From Malacoraja senta (lineage: Eukaryota), in assembly GCA_038087875.1 (NCBI GenBank), contig CM075988.1:19904001-19968000 (forward strand): a stretch of DNA of 64,000 bases, in the 5' to 3' direction. This document shows, one piece after another, positions 54,339 through 64,000 of this stretch (positions within the stretch are counted from its first letter, which is position 1; each line of letters opens with the position of its first letter). Below the pieces are notes generated by a model. It searched no databases and was not told where the DNA came from. It saw nothing but the letters and a program-made list of their open reading frames with translations. The translations under genes and the position numbers were made by a program.

Positions 54339-55189
54339 TTCATTGTCCATGGGAAATCACATGTGCATCATCCATGGCTTTGATGCAGTCACTCTGTCAG
54401 GTAGAAACAAAGGATGGGAGCAACAATTTCATAAAATGCAACCTTTTTTAATCTGAATGTCTTTAACTTCAAGGGTCATTGGTGCTCACTCTGCCATATT
54501 AGTAGGTAGGTGGGCAGACCTAGCATGAATAATGAAGATAGACCCCTGCATTCCCTCTCTCCCCCCAGCCTAGGCGTCCTCCTAGTTCCACCGTTGGCAT
54601 CCTTGTATCCCTTCGTTATCACCTCTTCCGCAGCCCACCCGCTGAGTTACTCCAGCATGTTGTGTCTATCTTCGGTACAGACCAGCATCTGCAGTTCCTT
54701 TCTACACATGAATAATTAATATATTCCCACACTGCCTTCAGGTATGTGGTAACTGCTCGGGCCATCCATGTTTGCCTTTCTTTTTGGCTACCTTGCCTCA
54801 TTTCTACAGGGCTGCGTAGAGAAGCCACATTTCTCTGTGTCACTTCTTCCATCACCTCATCTGCTGTGTTATTTTAACAAGATCCCAGGTGGATACCCTC
54901 ATGGAAAGAAATGCTCGATATCACACAGGGGCCAACGACCCCAAGCATGAATATGGGAGAGGACAGCATAGATGTTGGAAGCAATTTTGATCCCTTAGAA
55001 AAGCTCAATGATTTTGCATATTTCGTTATATCCCTATGGGCAATGGACTAAAGATATCAAAATAAATACATCAACAGGGCATTTGTCAATGATTGTCAAG
55101 ATGGAATAACTTGGTCATGTGATTTTGTCATTAATTTGCAGCTGACACGCACTTCACATTGGAACCAGCCAGTTAGCTGCTGAATATGC

Positions 55190-55470
55190 TTTAGTTTTGT
55201 TTAGTTTAGAAACACAACACGGAAACAGGCCCTTCGACCCTTCGTGTCCGCACCGACCAGCGATCCCCGCACATAAACACTATCCTACACACTAGGGACA
55301 ATTTATAATTATAGCCAATTAACCTACAAACTTGTACGTCTTTGGAGTGTGGGAGAAAACCGGTGATCTCGGAGAGAACCCATATAAACTCCACACAGAC
55401 AACACCTGCAGTCAGGATCGAACCTGAGTCTCTGGTATTGTAAGGCAGCAACTCTACCGCTAAGCCACCA
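55190..55470 (-). mobile_element. HE1-like V-SINE
   Basis: Reverse complement of the 693 copy, with A and B boxes at 55415-55470. Confidence 0.85.
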
Positions 55471-55574
55471 TAGAATTATTTCACAAACTGTTAAGTCTGT
55501 TCTGTTCTCCTGCACTGGAGACTATCTTTTCTTTCACCATTTAGCCCATGAAACAATCCCAATTTTGTCAATCT

Positions 55575-55920
55575 TTACGAGATCATGAGGGACATGGATA
55601 AAATGAACAAAGACATTATTTTTCCCAGGGTACAGGATACTAAAACTAGAGGGCATAGGCTAAGGTGAGAGGGGAAAGATTTAAAAGGGACTTCAGTGGC
55701 AACTTTTTCACTCAGAGGGCAGTTGGTATCTGGCATGAGCTGCCAGTGATGCTATGGAAGCAGGTACAATTACGATTTTTCAAAGACATTCGGACAAATA
55801 AATGAATAGATAGGGTTGAGAGGGCTACGGGTCAAATGCAGGAATGGGACTTGCCCAGTATGCCAACTTGGTCAACATGGACAAGGAGGGCTGAAGGGCC
55901 CGTTTCCATACTGTATAGTA
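55575..55920 (+). mobile_element. CR1 3' fragment
   Basis: 'aactagagggcataggctaaggtgagagggg...aactttttcactcagaggg' and tail. Confidence 0.75.
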
Positions 55921-56441
55921 TGATGCTAATGAATTTAGATTTCACCCCATTGCAATCTGGTTCTTAATTCAGACTTTGCTGTAAGTGTAACCTGCAAAAC
56001 TAGCTTTATAAACCAAACTCTACATATGTCCCAAATCATTTTAACTAAGTTCATCCATTTCTAATGGGTTTCAAATAAACAGCAAACAAATCTCAGTTAC
56101 TACATCCAGTTTTACCTGCAATTGCCAGTCAGCATTTCTGCAGGTTGTGATGTGTAAAGACAATGTGACAAGTAGCCATCAATCTTCTCTGCTGTCCTTG
56201 AATTTTCACCTGCTACAATTACTTCCATCAACAGTTGGCAGAGACCCAGTGGACTGCTACAGCCAGATGCTTTACACCCTGGAGCAGACAACAATAAAAA
56301 CTCAAAGAGCAGTTGAAGTCTTGAGAGCTAATACTCCAGTAAAGTATAACAGCTATGGCCATGGCCTTCACATTCTGCCCTTTTCCAAATGGTCCCACCA
56401 GTACGTGAGAAAGTTAACATCTCGATGCATAAAGGAAGTTG

Positions 56442-56675
56442 TGGACACAAGGAACTGCAGATGTAGAAATCTTGCGTGGAACATAACTCAAAGGGTCACG
56501 CAGCGTCTCTGGACAACATGGATAGGTGACGTTTTGAGTCGGCACCCTTCTTCAGACTCATGTTTCAGGTCGGGACCCTTCTACAGACTAGATGAGTCTG
56601 AAGAAGGGTCCCGACTCAAAATGTCGCATATCAGAGATGTTGCCTGACCCGCTGAGTTACTCTAGCAATTTGTGC
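56442..56675. mobile_element. Diverged fold-back Penelope-end insertion
   Basis: 'gtctgaagaagggtcccgactcaaaatgtc', with inverted partial copies upstream. Confidence 0.7.
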
Positions 56676-57200
56676 TTCTACATATAAAAGAAGCTAACAT
56701 AATGCCAAGCTCAATGTGATTTACCACCCAGTGTTTTTCTAACATCAGCATTGTTCTGAGGTGACACTAACTTAAATAATGGTAATCAGAATTCTGGACT
56801 TTACTTGGCAGTGTCAGGGATGAAGGCTCATCAAAATAGATCTTTTGCTATCTAAAGAATTAGACTGAAAAGGAACATGGCTCCAATGTCAGTGACATTG
56901 AAGTCATAACTTGGAGTGCCCAGGGGAAACTGGTAAAACACACAACATTATCAGAGCACTAAACGAATGGTGATTTTATTTTTATCTCGTTAAAAAACCT
57001 AACTTGATTAACAAGCTGAGAGATAGATATCCACTCATGAAGGGGCTTACACAAATCTAAAAAAATAATCGGGAAAATACTCAAGGGACCCCCATCAAAT
57101 TATGATAAAGACAGGCCATATAATGCAGAGACAATAGAAAAAATTCAAAATGACAATCAACATAGATAGGTTTATTGCATGCTGGATTCATGTTTCTAAA

Positions 57201-62724
<5,524 letters not shown>

Positions 62725-63254
62725 GAATTAATGGAAATTAGTTTTCTTCTCTCCCATTTTAAATCCAATTTCAATCAATGCAAAAAGAAGATTTACACAA
62801 TGCCAGAAATAGTATTCCGAGCCCCGGATTTGTTGTAGAAAACATTATGCTCTATAATCATAAGAATTATGGCGACAGTTTTGCATTAAAGTGTTCCCAA
62901 AGCCATTTTGCACAAATGCAAAAATGACAGTTTAAAAGCTAAATGCACCTTACAGGATCCTGTGGCCATTATTAGAACAAATGCCATACCAAACAGTGCG
63001 AGTCACAATTCATTGGCAGACTCAAAACATGTTTTACATGTTTCAATCTAACAATTTAATCATAGAAATTGGTACAACTTTTCTTTTGTGTGGTTTTATT
63101 ATCGTCACACGAAAATGAGCAATCGAAGGGTAGCATTAACCAAAATACAAATGCAAAACACTTACAGATGGTGGAAAACGGAAGAACGAAGAGGGAATGT
63201 TGAAAATAAATAATGTCAGGCTTCATTGGACCAGTTAACAGCTTGCATTCAAAC

Positions 63255-63430
63255 CAAAAGGACTGGCATTTATAAAGGACCTTTCATAACCACAGAAAGT
63301 CCCAAAACATTTTCCAGCTAAAGTACCTTTTGAGCTGAGGGAGGTATTGTTTGTTGAAAACACACTAGCCAGTTGTTGCGCAGCAAGCACCAGCAGACAG
63401 CAACGTGAAGACAATGTCAGGTCATACAGT
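63255..63430 (-). mobile_element. SacSINE1/DeuSINE-like 3' relic
   Basis: Plus strand 'ggactggcatttataaaggacctttca...gtcccaaaacatttt...gcgcagcaagc...acagcaacgtga' is antisense to the SINE 3' part. Confidence 0.55.
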
Positions 63431-64000
63431 ATATATTTAAACATACAAAGAATCCATCCATAATCACTGTCACAGTTCTTGTATTATTATCCCCAAGTAG
63501 GCGACATGTTGACTCACAAAGTGAGCAAAAAGCCTAGTCTGTATCCCATTTCAGGTAGAAAGTTCTAAGAATCCCAACTCCACAAGAACACGACACACGC
63601 GTGAGCATCAAATATACCCATAATCGCCATTAGTTGCAATGTGTTGCTTTCTTTAAAACCTGTTCAAACCATTGAGGATAAAGCTCATCACAATTGCAAG
63701 AATATCAAGAAAGAATGTGATGTAAAAAGGTCAACAATTCACCCCCCCCCCGCCCCACAGATGCTGCTCGACACTCTAATTTCCTCCAGCAGTTTGCTTT
63801 TTGCTCCAAATTCCAGCTTTCGCAGTCGCTTCTCTATTCATTTTCTTAATCTCATAATTTCATGCAGATTTATTAAATCTCCCTTCAGCCTCTTCTGTCC
63901 TATTTAAAACATGTCCATCTTGATCCATCTCTTGTCTATTTCCGTATAAATCTTTTCAGAACACTCCCTGGCATCACGGCAACCCTTTTTTGCCTTTCTA

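Overview
Repeat-rich eukaryotic (vertebrate) intronic or intergenic DNA. The host is inferred to be a cartilaginous fish (skate, ray or shark), based on HE1-like tRNA-derived V-SINEs, SacSINE1/DeuSINE-like relics and abundant CR1. I recognise no host protein-coding exon; almost all ORF-track entries are retroelement fragments or chance ORFs. Main contents: (1) a young but broken, near full-length CR1 LINE at ~34.2-39.2 kb (minus strand) in a multi-layer nest; (2) several Rex1/Babar LINE fragments; (3) a decayed Penelope-like element (RT + GIY-YIG) at ~14.9-16.1 kb, plus many short fold-back Penelope-end insertions with 11-14 bp TSDs that carry a minimal hammerhead-ribozyme-like motif; (4) a hAT MITE and a probable solo LTR; (5) a 5.5 kb near-perfect compound microsatellite (AGAC)n(AC)n. 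The most intriguing apparently non-repetitive segment is a CpG-rich, hairpin-dense ~300 bp region at 45.57-45.90 kb with a TATA-like box and a splice donor inside a long stem-loop. Family assignments come from recalled motifs rather than database searches, and boundaries of decayed repeats are approximate.
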